Of a stretch of 64,000 bases of DNA, positions 23,486 to 37,150 are shown piece after piece. Every line of letters starts with the position of its first letter. Within the stretch, counting starts at the first letter, position 1. The stretch comes from Camelus ferus (taxonomy: Eukaryota). A model generated the notes under the pieces. It had not been told where the DNA came from and ran no database searches. It saw only the letters and a list, made by a program, of their open reading frames with translations. Location: contig NC_045697.1 in assembly GCF_009834535.1 (NCBI RefSeq), forward strand, positions 78,184,001 through 78,248,000, in the 5' to 3' direction. The position numbers and the translations under genes were made by a program.

Positions 23486-25079
23486 TTCAGGAAAAAATTC
23501 CCAACTATAATAAAGATGTTCACCTAGGTGCAAGAATCTTGGAGGAAGAAATGGTAAAATATATGTAGACTTTCAGAATAATTGGGGTCATAGAAGCCAT
23601 GAAAAATGAGTTTGGAGAGACTTGATTTGTAAAATTAGTATATATTCTTGTGTGAGTATCACTTAGAAAAAGTTTATAAAGATATGTTGAGCTAGAAGAA
23701 AATGGGTAGTGGTTAGTGAATTGTTTAGTTGATGTGTCATAGAGTGCAAATCATGTGTGGAAATAAGGTAAGTTTTGGACAAGATTATAAGGATGTCAGG
23801 TGGCTAAGAGGCAGTTTTAAGATTCCTGAGCAGGACATATTTGATTTAGAGAATGTTAGGTAAGTTTTCAATTTCTGAAAACAGAAGCTTCATGGGCAAA
23901 AAGATGGTTTAGGATGATTGCATTACTTGCAAAATCATGGATTTCTTTTTCAATAGCACACATTTCATTTATAGACCTCACGATATATGGAATTTTGCTT
24001 TGGGGAAATTGACAAAAGAGGAGATGAATTAGATATACATGACTCAGAGATTTGCTTTTATGGAATTTTGAGATTTTCCAGGTCACAGAGGATTCTGAAG
24101 ATTGCTTAATGAATTCATTCCTTATGACAGAGATTTTGGAATTGCTCCATGATGTATGGCAGGGGTACACCTCAAATGACATACTGGGGAATTATCCCTT
24201 GGAAGGTGAAATGGCCTCAGTCTGTCTTGAGCCATGATCTACTGCTTAAATCCCTCATACACTTGTTTTTTACCTCATCTTCTCACTCTCAGATTTCCAC
24301 CATGCTCAAACTGCTTCGGAGCTGCTCAGAGGACTCTCCTGAGACTTAAAATCTGGTCCTTTTTGGCTTGACCAGTGTTCCTTTTGTCTTTTCCATTAAA
24401 AATCACCTGTCCTGGATCCTAGCCCTTGAAGTCTTTGATCTCTGCTGAACATGCCGTCTAATAAATCTTGCTATATTAATGCTGTTGTACTCATAGGAAA
24501 AGTCTAACACCTGGTCTTCTCTCATGAGTACCAGAAGTACAATTCAATACTAATTTTTCTTCTTAAAAATATGAGACCATGGTTTGAGAGGAGGGTAGAT
24601 CAAGAAGACAATATTTTCTGGATCAAGTCTGCAAATTTATGGCTGTTTCATTTTGGGTAAACCATTGTACTTTCCTGGGATTCAAATTCATCAACTTTAA
24701 AGTAGAGATTAGACTACTTACTCTTACTAATTCATATTATTAATCTGAATAAGCCCATCTAATAAATTGCTATTTTATAAATCCCACTTGATTTTGAGCT
24801 TATGGAAATAATGAATCAAGTCTTTACTACTTTGTAGGCATTCAATAAATATGTTTGTGTATGAAAGTGTAAGTGAATTATATCTGATTCAATGTGGTAA
24901 CATAAAGGGGATTTCAACTTAGTTCAAAGGAGGACGCTGGTAGGAAACATTATTGTTTTGTTTATTTGTTTGTAAGTCAGATAGAACTTTACAGGCTTGA
25001 AATTAAATGGGCTAGATAAGGCATGGGACAATAGATGAGGAGAAAGAAAGGAGAAGGAAGGGGGAGGAGGAGAAGAAAG

Positions 25080-25470
25080 AAGAGGTGGTTTGAACTTTGA
25101 GGGGAAGATGTGTTCACTTTTGAGTTTGGCATGCTTGTGAGACGTCACATGCAAAAGTTTAGTAGATGATACGGGGGTAGAATGCAAGAGATAAAGCTTT
25201 AGGAATCAGCCTGCCATTTGGAAGGATGTGCAGTGTGAAGCCAGAGGTCCAAGTATGAAAGTCTGGGAGATCAATACTTCATAAATTAGCAGAGGAGGAT
25301 GAATCCACCCAATGGGGAGGTACAGCGTAGCCAGCACAGCGTAGTGTCGTGAAATCCAAGGGAAGAAGGCTTTTCAAGAATGAAGAATTCGTTTAGCAGT
25401 TTCATGTAACAGAGAAATCAAATAAGATAAAGACTGGAAAAGCTCTGGGCTCTTTAGCAGAACTTGCTAG
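25080..25470 (-). mobile_element. L2 fragment
   Basis: TTTGAGGGGAAGATGTGTTCACTTTTG...GTGTCGTGAAATCCAAGGGAAGAAGGCTTTTCAAGAA...AGAAATCAAATAAGATAAAGACTGGAAA. Confidence 0.65.
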
Positions 25471-25473
25471 CTT

Positions 25474-25542
25474 AAAAAAAAAAAAACAAAGAAGAAGAAG
25501 AAAAAGAAAAAAAGAAAAAGAAAAAATGAAAAGAGAAAAAAG
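25474..25542. repeat. A/G-rich purine tract
   Basis: A-run followed by (GAA)/(GAAAAA) units; similar tracts at 21551-21600 and 44960-45020. Confidence 0.85.
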
Positions 25543-25890
25543 ATTCTTCTATTAAATCATGCTAAATGATTGACCTGATTTTCATAGTTTTTCTCAGCCT
25601 TAGAGATTTTTAATGTCTCTAGTTTTATTATATATCTGAATTGACAAGGACAATAATAATGATATCAAATGCAAATTGAAAATTTAACTTCTTTCTCATT
25701 TGAAAATTTAACCAAACTAATAATTCATTGGTTATTATAGCTGTGAAATTATACTGGTAAAATGACAAAATATGAAAACATATTCATGATTTAAAAATAT
25801 GTATTTTCCTCTTCTTTTATTATAGCTGAACTATATAATAAAGTGGATGAGATTACCTTAAAATTCAAGTAAACTTTTGACCATAAAAAC

Positions 25891-26085
25891 GCAGTTTTGC
25901 ATAGTTAAAAGCATGGATTCCAGAGTCAGACTATTTTGGTTTAACTCACAGCTTGACTACATGCTATTATTATGATTTGCGACAATAGCCCCACCCTCTC
26001 TGTGCCTCAGTTATCTCATTTGTAAAGTAGGGATGATAATAATCTTCTTTCACAGTTTTTTAATGAGGATTAATGAGTTAACATT
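25891..26085 (+). mobile_element. MIR SINE
   Basis: GAGTCAGACT...CTCTCTGTGCCTCAGTTATCTCATTTGTAAAGTAGGGATGATAATA...TGAGGATTAATGAG. Confidence 0.85.
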
Positions 26086-27484
26086 AGACATTGACTGATA
26101 TTTATGCCTACTATGTAAGTATAGGAATTCTACAGAATTATACCTAAAAATAACCATAAGCTTGAATTTAGTATATGTATATACACACCCATATTTATTT
26201 ATTCTCTAACACACCCAAAACACTGTAGCCTGTAAGAGTCCTATATTGTAATTCACACAAACCGCTCAAACCACTTTATAAAGCACCTGTGGTAATAGTG
26301 GAGTAGGAGTATTTAATTTGTCTAATTTTACTTATAACAGAAGGTGTTCAGTTAAGGAGCTCTTGCCACTCTAAGTCTAGGACCTGGAATTTTTGTAGGG
26401 GAGGAGCAGGGAATATGTAAGTATCTCATTTTATTATAGAGGCACATATATTTCAGATCAAAATGAAGGAAATTCTTTCTGGAGACTAACAATAATGATA
26501 AATATCTTAAAATAATGACCACATTTTCACAATTTAAAATTATTTGGGGGAAATCAACCTGATTTTCATGTGATTATTTGATTCGTACGTGAAAATTAAG
26601 AAACTCAGGGAATAATACATAATTATAATCTATTTAAAGCAAGAACAGAAGGATACTCTCACCTCAAAGTCTTTCCTAAAAAAGTAGAAGTAGCCAGAAA
26701 GTCTGCCGTGTTGCACTCAGAAGTCAATTGCCTTCCAAATGTGACCCCTTACAACACTTCTGCAGAGGCGAAAGCTGTGTGCTTAGAAGCACCTGCATCG
26801 TCATGTGTGACAACTGGCCTGTGAGATCTTTTCAGCTGTCTTTTCACTGGCTGTTGAAGGACTTGAAGGTTATTGACAGCATTTCTTTCTTTTTTTTTTC
26901 CTTTTGCCATACATTTTGGAGAGCCATGAGTGTGCTGATGCTGCTTAATTTTCTATAATAATAAAATGGTCACCACAATGCTTTTTGCCTTACCATGACT
27001 TTGGCCTAAACTTTTCAGTTTAGGTAATATTGCAGAACATGCGTGTATTTACTTAATATAAGTTGCTGCCATTTACAAAGACATATCTTTAATAAATAAA
27101 GACATAGGTTTTAATAAAATAACAAAGATATAAATGTGTTTTAACATGGCTGAACCAAATATCTGTGCCAAAATAACCTTTATATATAGGCTAATGCCTG
27201 GCTTTCCAGACTCCATGTATACAAAAAAAAAAAAAATACATTAATTTGCTGAGCAGTCAATACATGAATTATGCAATTTTTTAAATTGCTGTTAGAACTC
27301 CTGAGAATTAAAGAGTTAATTTATCCAGTATTTTTAATATATGTAAATCGTATCCAACAATGAAATATGTTTTCTGCTTTTCTGCCTTTCTGCCTTTCCT
27401 CAACAACTATTTATTGAGTGCTTGCACTGGCAGGCCTATTTTTATGCAAGTCAGTTCGAATCACAGGGACTCTCCCTAGACTCT

Positions 27485-27840
27485 TGTACTGGTTATCTAA
27501 TCACACATTTAGTATCTTAAAATAACGTGAATTTCTGATCTCACAGTCAGGAGCCAGGGTATCTGGGTCCTTGATTCAGGCTCTTCCAGGCTAAGTCAAA
27601 ATGCTGGCCAGGGCTGTGTTCTCATCTAGGGTTTGAGATCCTCTTTCAAGCTCCCTGGTTGTTGGCAGAATCCAGTTCCTTGCGGTTGTTGAACTGAAGT
27701 CTCCATTTTTTTGCTGGCTGTTGGCAGCTTGAGGCTGTCTCCCTTTCTTGCTTTGTGGCCCCTTCCATTTGTAGGGCAGACACAACATGATTGTTTCCTT
27801 AAGGCCAGCAGGAGACTCTCTCTCACTTTTAATCGCTCCA
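27485..27840 (-). mobile_element. MLT1D-like solo LTR (partial)
   Basis: GCTGGCCAGGGCTGTGTTCTCATCT...TTCAAGCTC...GTTGTTGGCAGAATCCAGTTCCTTGCGGTTGT...GCTGGCTGTTGGC...AAGGCCAGCAGGAGA. Confidence 0.85.
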
Positions 27841-27844
27841 GAAA

Positions 27845-28215
27845 GTCCTGGACTCTAAATGGTTGACACAGTTGTGGGGTTAAAAAAAAAAAAAGTCATC
27901 ACTCATTTCATCAGAACAGGGCTTAAGCATTGGGAAGCTGTCACACTCAGATCAGTGAATACAAGTTTTTTATACTTTGCATTTCCACTTGAGAGCTTGG
28001 ATTTTGTCACTGGCAACAAAGCTGAGAATGATTTTCTTTGGAGCAGTACCAGCCTTTTGTTCGCTTTCCGCCCCCTGGATGGTGACAGCCAAATACCCAA
28101 ATTAGAATAACCACAGCTCATCAATTGTTCTTTAAGGAAAACCGTTGCTCCCTGAGAAATGTGGCTAATTCAGCTCACACACTGAATAAGATTTTCCTTG
28201 AACCAAATCCTTATC
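27845..28215 (-). mobile_element. Charlie1-type hAT DNA transposon, downstream transposase segment
   Basis: Minus-strand translation ELWLF*FGYLA and FVASDKIQALKWKCKV*KTC resembles Charlie/Buster transposase (LWLFRLGYLADIF; FVANDKIRAFKRKLEFWKTC, recalled). Confidence 0.75.
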
Positions 28216-28227
28216 ATCATGTTTTTG

Positions 28228-28560
28228 GCCTCAAGACCCCTTCAGAGGGTCAGCAAGGTCAACAACGTTTTCATAAAAATACTGAGATGTTATTTTTTTT
28301 CTCCCACTGTATTGACAGTTGCAAAAGCAGTGGTGAGTGAGCTGACTGGCCCCTTGGCATGAGTCAAGGCGGGCGCCCCATACTGTACTGGTCGCCCGAG
28401 TTCAACACCACCCACTAGCAATCACAGAAAAAAGTGACAGTTGCACTAAAGAATGTCCTTGATGGAATAGTAACAATCATATATTTTATTAAATCTTGGC
28501 CCTTGGATGCACATATTTTCTTATTTTAAGTGAGGAAATGAAAAGGAAAGGAAAGCTTTC
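28228..28560 (+). mobile_element. Charlie1-type hAT DNA transposon, upstream transposase segment
   Basis: AGACCCCTTCAGAGGGTCAGCAAGGTCAACAACGTTTTCATAAAAATACTGAGATGTTATT. Plus-strand translation from 28440, VALKNVLDGIVTIIYFIKSWPL, resembles LKNVLDEAVKIINFIKSRPL. Confidence 0.78.
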
Positions 28561-29129
28561 GTGTTTTAAATATTCATAGCTGTCTTTTCCTTTGTACTCT
28601 TTCATTTTGCTTTAATATTGAAAAACTTTAATGCCCTAAAATACCTGGTAAGTAGTATATTATACTTATTTTATTATGTGCTTTAAAAAATACATTAATT
28701 TTCAATCATTTAGAGTTTCTTTTGCTTCCCAAATTACTATCAAGTTTTCTCAATATCACTGTCTTAGAACACTTGCTTTATTTTATTTTACATTTTAACA
28801 TACAATTTGAAGAACCATAACTCTCGAATTAAATTTAGACATAATAAATAAAAAATTTCTTTTAGCCTCTGCCACATTTGAAGGTGATCTGAAATTCTAA
28901 TCAGAAAAAAAGTTTTAAAAGTCTCTCTCTAATCTTTTCTTTACACTCCAAAATTCAAGACAAAATTTTGAAGTTATAGCATAATTTCAATTATTCCAAT
29001 TTGATTTAACTATTTGAATCTCAAGTGATATTTTCATTACAATATTTATTGAAAATATTCAATATAAGGTACAAAATTGATTTAAAATATTTGACAGTAT
29101 AGCCTGGATTTGAAAACAAGATTTGAAGA

Positions 29130-29378
29130 GAAGATAACTGAATTTAGAATCAAGAGCTTTCATTAATACCTGACGTGTGCCACTTAAAAGTTGAAAGTTT
29201 TGAGGCAAGAGTTTTTTTTGTTTGTTTTTTGCTTGTTTTTAGCCTCTCTGAACTTCAGGATCTTCCTTAACATATAAAGCCAGGTCTAATGATTACCTAC
29301 CGCCCGGACACGCTGTGAGGTGAGGTTTGGGTAAGAGAACGTACTGTTCGTAGTAGATGCTCAGCAATTGCTAGTGGA
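29130..29378 (+). mobile_element. MIR SINE
   Basis: AGCCTCTCTGAACTTCAG...TACCTACC...GCTGTGAGG...GTAGATGCTCAGCAAT. Confidence 0.6.
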
Positions 29379-30767
29379 GCTAACCACCATCTGCAGTAAT
29401 GCCTCTCTAGAATAATTCATTCTGAATTAGACTCACAAATGCACATTCAGAAAAGAGACCCTTTCTCAGTTTGGGAATATTTATGAGTAATTTCTCAAAA
29501 AACTAAATATTTTTGCAAATAATGTAATACAAATTTGGTACATAGTGTTTTCTACATTCTTTGATAAAACTAGTATGATATGAACAATTTGTTAATTGTG
29601 TTTTGATTAAATGTATTTTCCTCTTCTATATTAATAATTTGTGTGTTTTCTGTCAAAAATAATTTGAAATTCTACCACATCTAAAATAATTGTCATTAAA
29701 TTAAATTATCAAAATAGTATGAAAGTAAAATGAAAGAATGCTGGGAGAGGTGACAAAAATATACAGGTGTAACTGATAGAAAATTTAATCCTGTTTCGAT
29801 ACATTGTTATAAGAAAATACTGTTTTCACATATTTAATGAAAACACATATTTCCATAGGAGAGGAATAAACTCAAAATTATTTTTAGTAAATACATGAAA
29901 CAAAACTACACATGAATTTGTAAGTTGACCAATATAAATTGTAATAGAAGTTTTTCAATAGTCCTATTTCCCATAAAAAAATAAATCTCATATCAACTTA
30001 TAACTATTTAACAGGCACTTTATACATCTAAAAGGTCATGTCTTTTATGATATACTTTGCTAATAATGTACAGTAGAATAATAATTTTTAAAAAAATAGT
30101 ATTACTTTTATATCAGTTAGAAGATTAAATTTGGTGTTGTCCAATAATAGCAGACCAGAAACTTTAATAGACTTGCCACGTAGATAAAAGGTAGATTGAT
30201 ATCTAGGGGGCTGACTTCTGCATTTATTTTCTCGAAGCAAAGGGCTTGTAAGCTAAACATTTCAAATGCATGTTTTGCTCTGAAAGCATTAGACCTATTA
30301 GGACAGGCGCAGAGGAACTTTGCTCACTGAGTGCCCCCACGGCAAGTCGTGAGTTTTAGGGCTAAGCCGAGCTGGCATGCAAAAAGGGTTGCTGTTGATC
30401 TTTTATACTAATTTTGGATTAATTGTGAGCTACAGCACTGCGTAAACATGCTATCCTAGTGCTTTAGCTTCTCCACAGCTAAACATTAATCCTTCTTAAT
30501 GCTCTAAGTCAACTTTTAGTCCTTAGAAGAATTTACCTTAATCTCTGGCTAGTAAGTTAACTGATTTACAAAACATAATCCATGAGCCCAGAATCTTAAG
30601 GATGTGTGAACAGCAGCAACCTACCTTTCCACAATTCACTAGACTGGATTCTTTTTAACACAAGCTGGTGAAGGAGGTGATCCCTAACTGTGCATTTTAA
30701 AAAATCTGGTTATTTTGTTATATTTTAATATCATAGTCCAGTAGCTGAACTTAAGTTTCTTTGAGAT

Positions 30768-30772
30768 TGTGC

Positions 30773-30813
<41 letters not shown>
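30768..30813. repeat. (TG)n microsatellite with TGCG units
   Basis: TGTGCGTGCG(TG)n read directly. Confidence 0.97.
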
Positions 30814-30814
<1 letters not shown>

Positions 30815-32424
30815 TTGCCATTTGTGATTTTATAAGTATTTGTAATAGGAGTCAATTACTTTTCTGCTTTGTATTTTTTTCTCCTTCAACATTTACAACT
30901 AATGTAGTCAGTCATCTGAATCAGTGACAGATCTTTCTCCATGCTTAGGTACCATTTGATTTTATTTCCTAATTATTTAAACATGTGCATTATGATCATG
31001 GAAAACTGCCCTACATACTACGTCTGGTTTTAGTCTTTCGAACTGGAGTATGACCATCCATATTAGTGACGACAACCTTAGATGGTTCTATAATGCAGTT
31101 TGGTTTCATAATCATTCATGTTGCTTGTTTTTTTAATTTGAAACTCATTGGACTGTTGGGGTCTTCAAGGGTTACATTTTCTCTTACTTCCAGCCAGCCG
31201 GGTACATTTATATTTGGTGGTCTGCTCCATCCCAGTCCGCTCAGGGTTCTCTGATTTCTTGCATAGCTCTCTGGTCTGTTAAGGTTTCCCTCAAATGGCC
31301 ACAGTTAGATCTGTCAAGCCTGCCCCAGTTGATGGGCGACATCTTGTATATAGTGTGTAAGTATAATTCTTCACCAAATTCTGACTCCATCGTCCCTGAT
31401 TTTCATCACAGCATTAAAAATACTCATATTATCCACTTCATGCTTACAGAGATTTTTGGCATTTTGATTGAGTCTTTGTCAGTGTAACTGGTGGACCCCT
31501 GTTTGCTTACTCACGTGAATGGCAAACACAGCTTGGAAATGGAGGCTAGAAAATGGGAGAAGCAGCCTTATTACCTTTGTGGGGAGAATGTGCATAAGAG
31601 TATGTTGCATTTAGAGACTTGCTCTTCTTCCTTAATGCAGATCACTGTTTCTGAGCGTAAATGTTCCTTCTGGGTGATGTGTGTCCGGGGGGTGTTGCGC
31701 CTGGGTGGACACTCACCTGTGCCACCTGATTCAGTGTCACCTGCCAGAGGAGCGGGGGAACCCTCGTTGTGTGTCTTGCTCAGGTGGGGAATATTTGAGA
31801 AAACTGTCCTGCTGGGCCAAGACCTGTGCTGGATGTTGGTGCTAGATCCTGCCCCGGTGCGGGGACTGTTTTGTCGCACGGACTGTCTAGTAGAGGGAGG
31901 GAGAGAGCTGCCTGGGAAAGACGAAGTCCTGCGATAGGGGTGGGAGGTGGAAGTTAGTGGGAGTAGGGCTCTGCAGGTGTGAAGCCTCACTCGCCCTCCT
32001 GAGTGAGCCTGCTGGCAGGTGTGCCAGGGTAGGGACTGGGGCATGTCGACTGAGAGCCTTCTTTTGGGAATGACTGAAAACTTTGGGTGTTTTTACTTTG
32101 GACTATAGAAATAGGCCCATAAAATGCAGCATTTAAATGTCCTACGTTTATCCTGCGGTGATTCTCTCCAATTACCCTCCTTGCTTGCTGAGTTGTGATA
32201 CTTCACCCAGCCTTGTGTGAAGGTGATGTGCATGAAGATGTGGGGGAGTGAAAGGAGTCTGGCTCCCACCCAGAGCCTGTTGGAGCACCAGCGCTCTGTC
32301 AAGGGAGGCTGCAGGCCACTAGTTCCAGGGCGCTGTGAGTGGTGGCTGGTGCAGGTGGAAAAAGCAAGGCAGAGAAGTGGCACAGAATGGAGCCACCCAC
32401 AGGAGGACTCTAGAGTGGACATCC

Positions 32425-32870
32425 ATGCACCAAACTGCTACCTACTGAGCACATATTATGTGCTGTTTTGGGCACTTGAGGTAACCCAACAGGGAACCAA
32501 ACAAAAGTTCCTGATCTACATAGTAGAGCATGAAGGTGGGACAGAAAATAAACAAAAGACATGTGCCCAGGTGTTTCTGAGGAGCCGAAAGAAAGGCAAT
32601 GCCCAGGCGGGAGCAGGTGAGGGTGGGTTTGAAGGGGCGAGGTCAGAGGTGACTACAGGGTGTCCTGTAGAAGACCATGGCTATGACCTTGACTTTTATT
32701 CTGATTCCATTTCCTTGGAAGTGATATCACCTGACTTAAGTTTTTAAGAGAAACTATGATTTCTTTGTTGAGAATTGACTGTCAAGTGATAAAGGTTGGA
32801 GTGGGGAGAACTTTGGAAATGAATGTGTGGTCCAGAGGAGAGCAGGCTGTTGCAGTGATGATGCTGGGTG
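32425..32870 (-). mobile_element. L2 3' region
   Basis: TACTGAGCACATATTATGTGC...GACCATGGCTATGACCTTGACTTTTATTCTGA...TGACTTAAGTTTTTAAGAG. Confidence 0.7.
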
Positions 32871-34364
32871 AGTTTCACTGTCTACCAAAATGATTATTTC
32901 TTTAAATTCAGGTTTTAGAGACTACAGAAAATGTTATTCTCAGTTGTCTGAATTTAGTTTTTACATACTGTGTGAAAGTTTGTTTATAGAGTTTCCCTAT
33001 TTGTTTACTGTTCTTTTTCATGTTCTGATTTACGCATCATGAACTAAGGTGCATATTTCATGTTAAAGTCAACTCCTGGATTCTACAGATAATAGTTCCT
33101 ATATTTTTTATTAGTGGCTCATAATTCCAAGGGAAAAACTATCATTTACTGGTAATTTCTGGCAGTAGGAATAGTGCAGTAGAAAGCAATGAAATGAGGT
33201 GGTGGGGGCGAGGAGGGAACAAGAGAAATATCAATGTTATTGTAGTGAAGATCCGATAGTAGAGTATAAAAAATCTGAAGGTAACAATGAATACAGGTGT
33301 GCTTGGCTTTAAGAAAAAAAAAAGATGCAGAGAAATTCAAATATTCAAGACAGAATGTCTAATTTGACAATGGGATGAGAGAGAAAGAGAGAGAGAGATT
33401 GTCGAACCTTCTTGCTTTGAAGAGGTGTCCTGGAAAGCCCTGTATGTGGCGGAGTTCTGCGACAGTGCAGGTTTCCTATCTCCCGTGTTCCCTGCTGTGC
33501 CCCTGCTGCTGGTCAATTAGAGGGGGGTGATTATGGGTGTTGTAAAACTGTTCCTCTTTGAACAGCCAGTTTCCCTAGTGATTTTGAATATTTCACAGGC
33601 CATTAACTACGCATTAAAAAGAACAGTGGCTATAGGAATGTCTGTCAAGCTCTTGGAAATATCAATGAGTTAGAAACAAATAGGAATTTTTGAAATTAGA
33701 ATTTTAGTCAAAAGGAAAATACGATTCAATTTTTAAACGTTAATTAATATTTAGCTGGTGCTATAAATTTAGAACTTTCTCTATGGGCTTACAAAGACTG
33801 GCACTCATGTGGGCTACAAGCAAGATGGAGCCGACTGAAGACGGAGAACACGTCTGTGTTCTCTCTGCCAGTGCAGTGTCCTTGATAAAGACTCTGGAGC
33901 TGATTGTTAAGTGAAGTTCAGTTTACTACGCAGAGTATCCTTCCCACCCCGGAGCCCAATGGCGACACTACAAATGTATTTACATACTACATACAACTTG
34001 GTCAGGACTTTTCTTAACTATTCAGCAGTCGAAATGATTTATTTTAATTTTATTTTTTTCCTAACCTCACATTCACTCATAGCATTCTCTTGCAGTTAGA
34101 TAATTCAAAAGAAGATGTCAGCTTTTAGTGGGTGCAGCCATATATACCAAAACCTTCAAATATACGTGTGTGTGTGTATATATATATATACACATTTATT
34201 CTCACAAATGGTCTCCCCACTGCAAAATATGTGAGATAGGAAAACAGGGGTTGAAAAACAGAACAGTGAAAAGAAAAATAGGAATTTCTACTATCTCTCA
34301 ACAATACCCTTCCCCTTTTTATGCATTTATACTTTTAAAAAACAGCTGTGTCTTCAGATTTAAA

Positions 34365-34540
34365 GAAGCAGTATGATGTAGCAGTTCAGAATGTGGTCTC
34401 TCAAGCCTGATACTTAGCCTTGGATTCCAGGTCTGCCACCTCTTCTTTGCGGGTCCGGAGGAACTCATTCGACCTCTTTGCAAAATGAATGTGGCAACAG
34501 AAACTTTCTACTTCACAGGCTGTTATGAGTACATTAACCC
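34365..34540 (+). mobile_element. MIR SINE
   Basis: GCAGTATGATGTAGCAGTT...GATTCCAGGTCTGCCAC...TACTTCACAGGCTGTTATGAG. Confidence 0.65.
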
Positions 34541-35189
34541 CTCAAACTTCACACAGTAAACATTTACTTAAAGTGTTAAATATCTCCTTCAAATATAATT
34601 GTGTTTTATTTTAGGCAGGTAAGCTAAAGCGCAAAATAACCCTTAAGTATGTTGTTCTGCTCTTTGGCAACGAACTTACGGTCATAAAAAAGACATTGTC
34701 GTTGAATATTATTGTGGAATACACAAAAGGGAAATTCTGAAATGTAACAGATGAGTTGGAACAGAAATTACACTGATTAATTGTAAAACTGCTCACATCC
34801 TATTGCATTTGGATGCTTTTATCTAAAAGCAAAGAGCTGGCTAGAATGAATAGAAACAGTAAAGTAGAGAGCAATGAAAACTTACTAATAAATATATGCA
34901 TTTGAAAGAATTATTTAAAATGTGTGCACTTATGTAGAGGAATTTACAGACATCACCCAGGTAATTAATTTAAATTCTAGAACCACATGTTTTAAAACAG
35001 ACACTAGGGAGCTAGGGAAGCAAAATTTCACATCCATAATTTTAAAGACACGGAAACAGACATGCAAAGCGTTGTAGGACTCGTCTCAGTGGAGAGGCAG
35101 CACATGTTTCCCTTTCCAGGGCGTCACTGGGAGGAGACCCCTTTTGCTACCTTCCTTCTGGCTCTGCCTGACCTGTCCACTTGAGAGGG

Positions 35190-35515
35190 TCAGTTATTCA
35201 TTTCCTTGGTGGTTTGAAACAACAGATTATTATTCTTTCACAATTCTAGAGGCCAGAAGTCTGGAAATCAAGGTGTCAGCAGGGCCATTGTCCCTCCAAA
35301 GCTCTAGGGGAGGATCCTTCATTGCCTCTCCCTGGGAGCTCCAGGCGTGCTTTGACGCGTGGCCGCAGACCTCCAGGCTTCACTTCTGTCTTCATGTGGC
35401 CTTGTCCTCTTCTCCAATACCTTACCATTGGAATGAGGTTTTTTGCATTCCTCCCCCATAATCATCTCCAGATCCTTGACTTAATCTCACCTGCAAAGAC
35501 CATTTTTCCAGTACC
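35190..35515 (-). mobile_element. MLT1B/C-like solo LTR
   Basis: CACAATTCTAGAGGCCAGAAGTCTGGAAATCAAGGTGTCAGCAGGGCCA...GCTCTAGGGGAGGATCCTTC...CTGCAAAGACCATTTTTCCA. Confidence 0.88.
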
Positions 35516-37150
35516 AGCCTGGGTTTCACTACCTGGTTGCAACATTCAAAGAGGGTAAGAAAGGAAATGCAATACAAATAGGGGTTTAGGGTCAGAATTT
35601 ACAGTACCCCACCTGCAACATTCTGTTGACAAAGCCAGTCCCGGACTCAATGGCTGGGGAAGTGAGGAACTTCTTTCGTTCTCTCCTTTTAGATGAAGTC
35701 TTCCCGAGCATGGGAAGCACACATCTTACTCTCCTTCTTAGCGCCGCGTGTTAAAGGAGAAGCCTCTGCTTGGAGAGGCTCGTGGTTGTCCAGCTGTCTG
35801 TCAGCGGGTGGGCAGACTGTCCTATGCAGAGATTTAGACTTAGGAAGCCTATTTGTCTGCAGTTATATGTCAGGTTCTCTAATATCAACCTTAGCAGGAA
35901 TGAAAGTGCTCTTTTGCCCTCCTTCTGTCTGAAGTCTGTCGCTCTTTTTTAATTGGGTCAGAACTCACGTAGAGTGTAGGGACATCATTCACTGGGCATA
36001 AATGCAATGAAGACACAAGCAGTAAATGGCCAAGCAATTCCTAGGGCTCATATCTCTTGACTTGAATCTCAGTGAGTTTTTTTTTTTAATCGTATTGTCT
36101 TGGGGAGATAATATCCTGGACGTATGTAAGAATTGAACACTCCCTGATTTGGATCTAATATTCTGTGAAATTCAGAGAGTCTGCTGGAAAAATGCTAATG
36201 AAAAATTGAAAATAGTTCATGTAATGAATAAAGCTGCTTCATAAGTGGAATGTTTGAACATATATATTACATGTAATATATATGCACATAGTATAAATAA
36301 CTTGAGGATATGCATGTAGATAAGAAAAATATGTAGGAAGTTTTAAGTACTCTGACTTGACAAATGAGGCATGATAGAGTAGAGTAATAAGGTTGGTAAG
36401 CCTCTAAATGATGTCAGTGTTTCATGCTGCCCCGCATAGGATATTAGCCACAGACATTCGTGTTATTTATTGCTGTCATTATGCATTTTTTTCATCCATG
36501 GCAACTTCTCAGAAACCATATTGTTAGTTCAGACAAGGAAAGATACTATTTCAGATTTTGATCTAAAGCATCTTAATGGTATTTTTATTATATAGAGGAC
36601 CACATTACTGTTTCAGACCACATTTTGCAATTTCTATGCTTATTGAGGTTGTAATGAATACTCATGTATTCTCTTAACTTCAGAGAGGTTCATAACATTG
36701 CTATATACTAAAAGATGGCTACCTCTCTTTTAGACTTTAGTTTTCAAATGAATTACACCTTTAAGAATAAAAAAGAAAAAGAAAAAAAAAATCATCCTGT
36801 TCCGAAGGTTTGAAGGCAGTGATGGACTGTGTAACATGTGACTCTGTGTCTTTGTTTTCCTAGGTGTCTCATTTAGACATGAGACCTCACAAGTCTAGCA
36901 GATTTAAAGCAAATCCACGAGACATGAGAGAGCATGAGTGAAAGAGTAATTATATCAGAACCGCAATTCTGCTCCTCTCTTTTGTTATTGTTGTTGTTAA
37001 AATGATCTCTGCGCTGAAAACCTTCAGAGTGAAAGAGTGTGGCCACACGATCCTTTTGAGTACAAGAATCTTAAGGATTTGTACATTTGCACACACACGC
37101 ACACAGGCACATGTGCTTGATAGTGGGAGAATATTTAAATTATTTAATCT

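Noticed and set aside
31491..32747. Cluster of longer ORFs (148, 157, 109, 176 aa) in a GC-richer stretch
   Set aside because: They overlap on both strands, show no recognisable domain, and the 176-aa ORF runs into an L2. Fewer stop codons at higher GC explains their length.
33843..33864. GAGAACAC-GTCT-GTGTTCTC palindrome containing AGAACA and TGTTCT steroid-receptor half-sites
   Set aside because: The spacer is 6 bp, not the 3 bp needed for a canonical GRE/ARE, and an 8-bp stem is plausible by chance in 64 kb.
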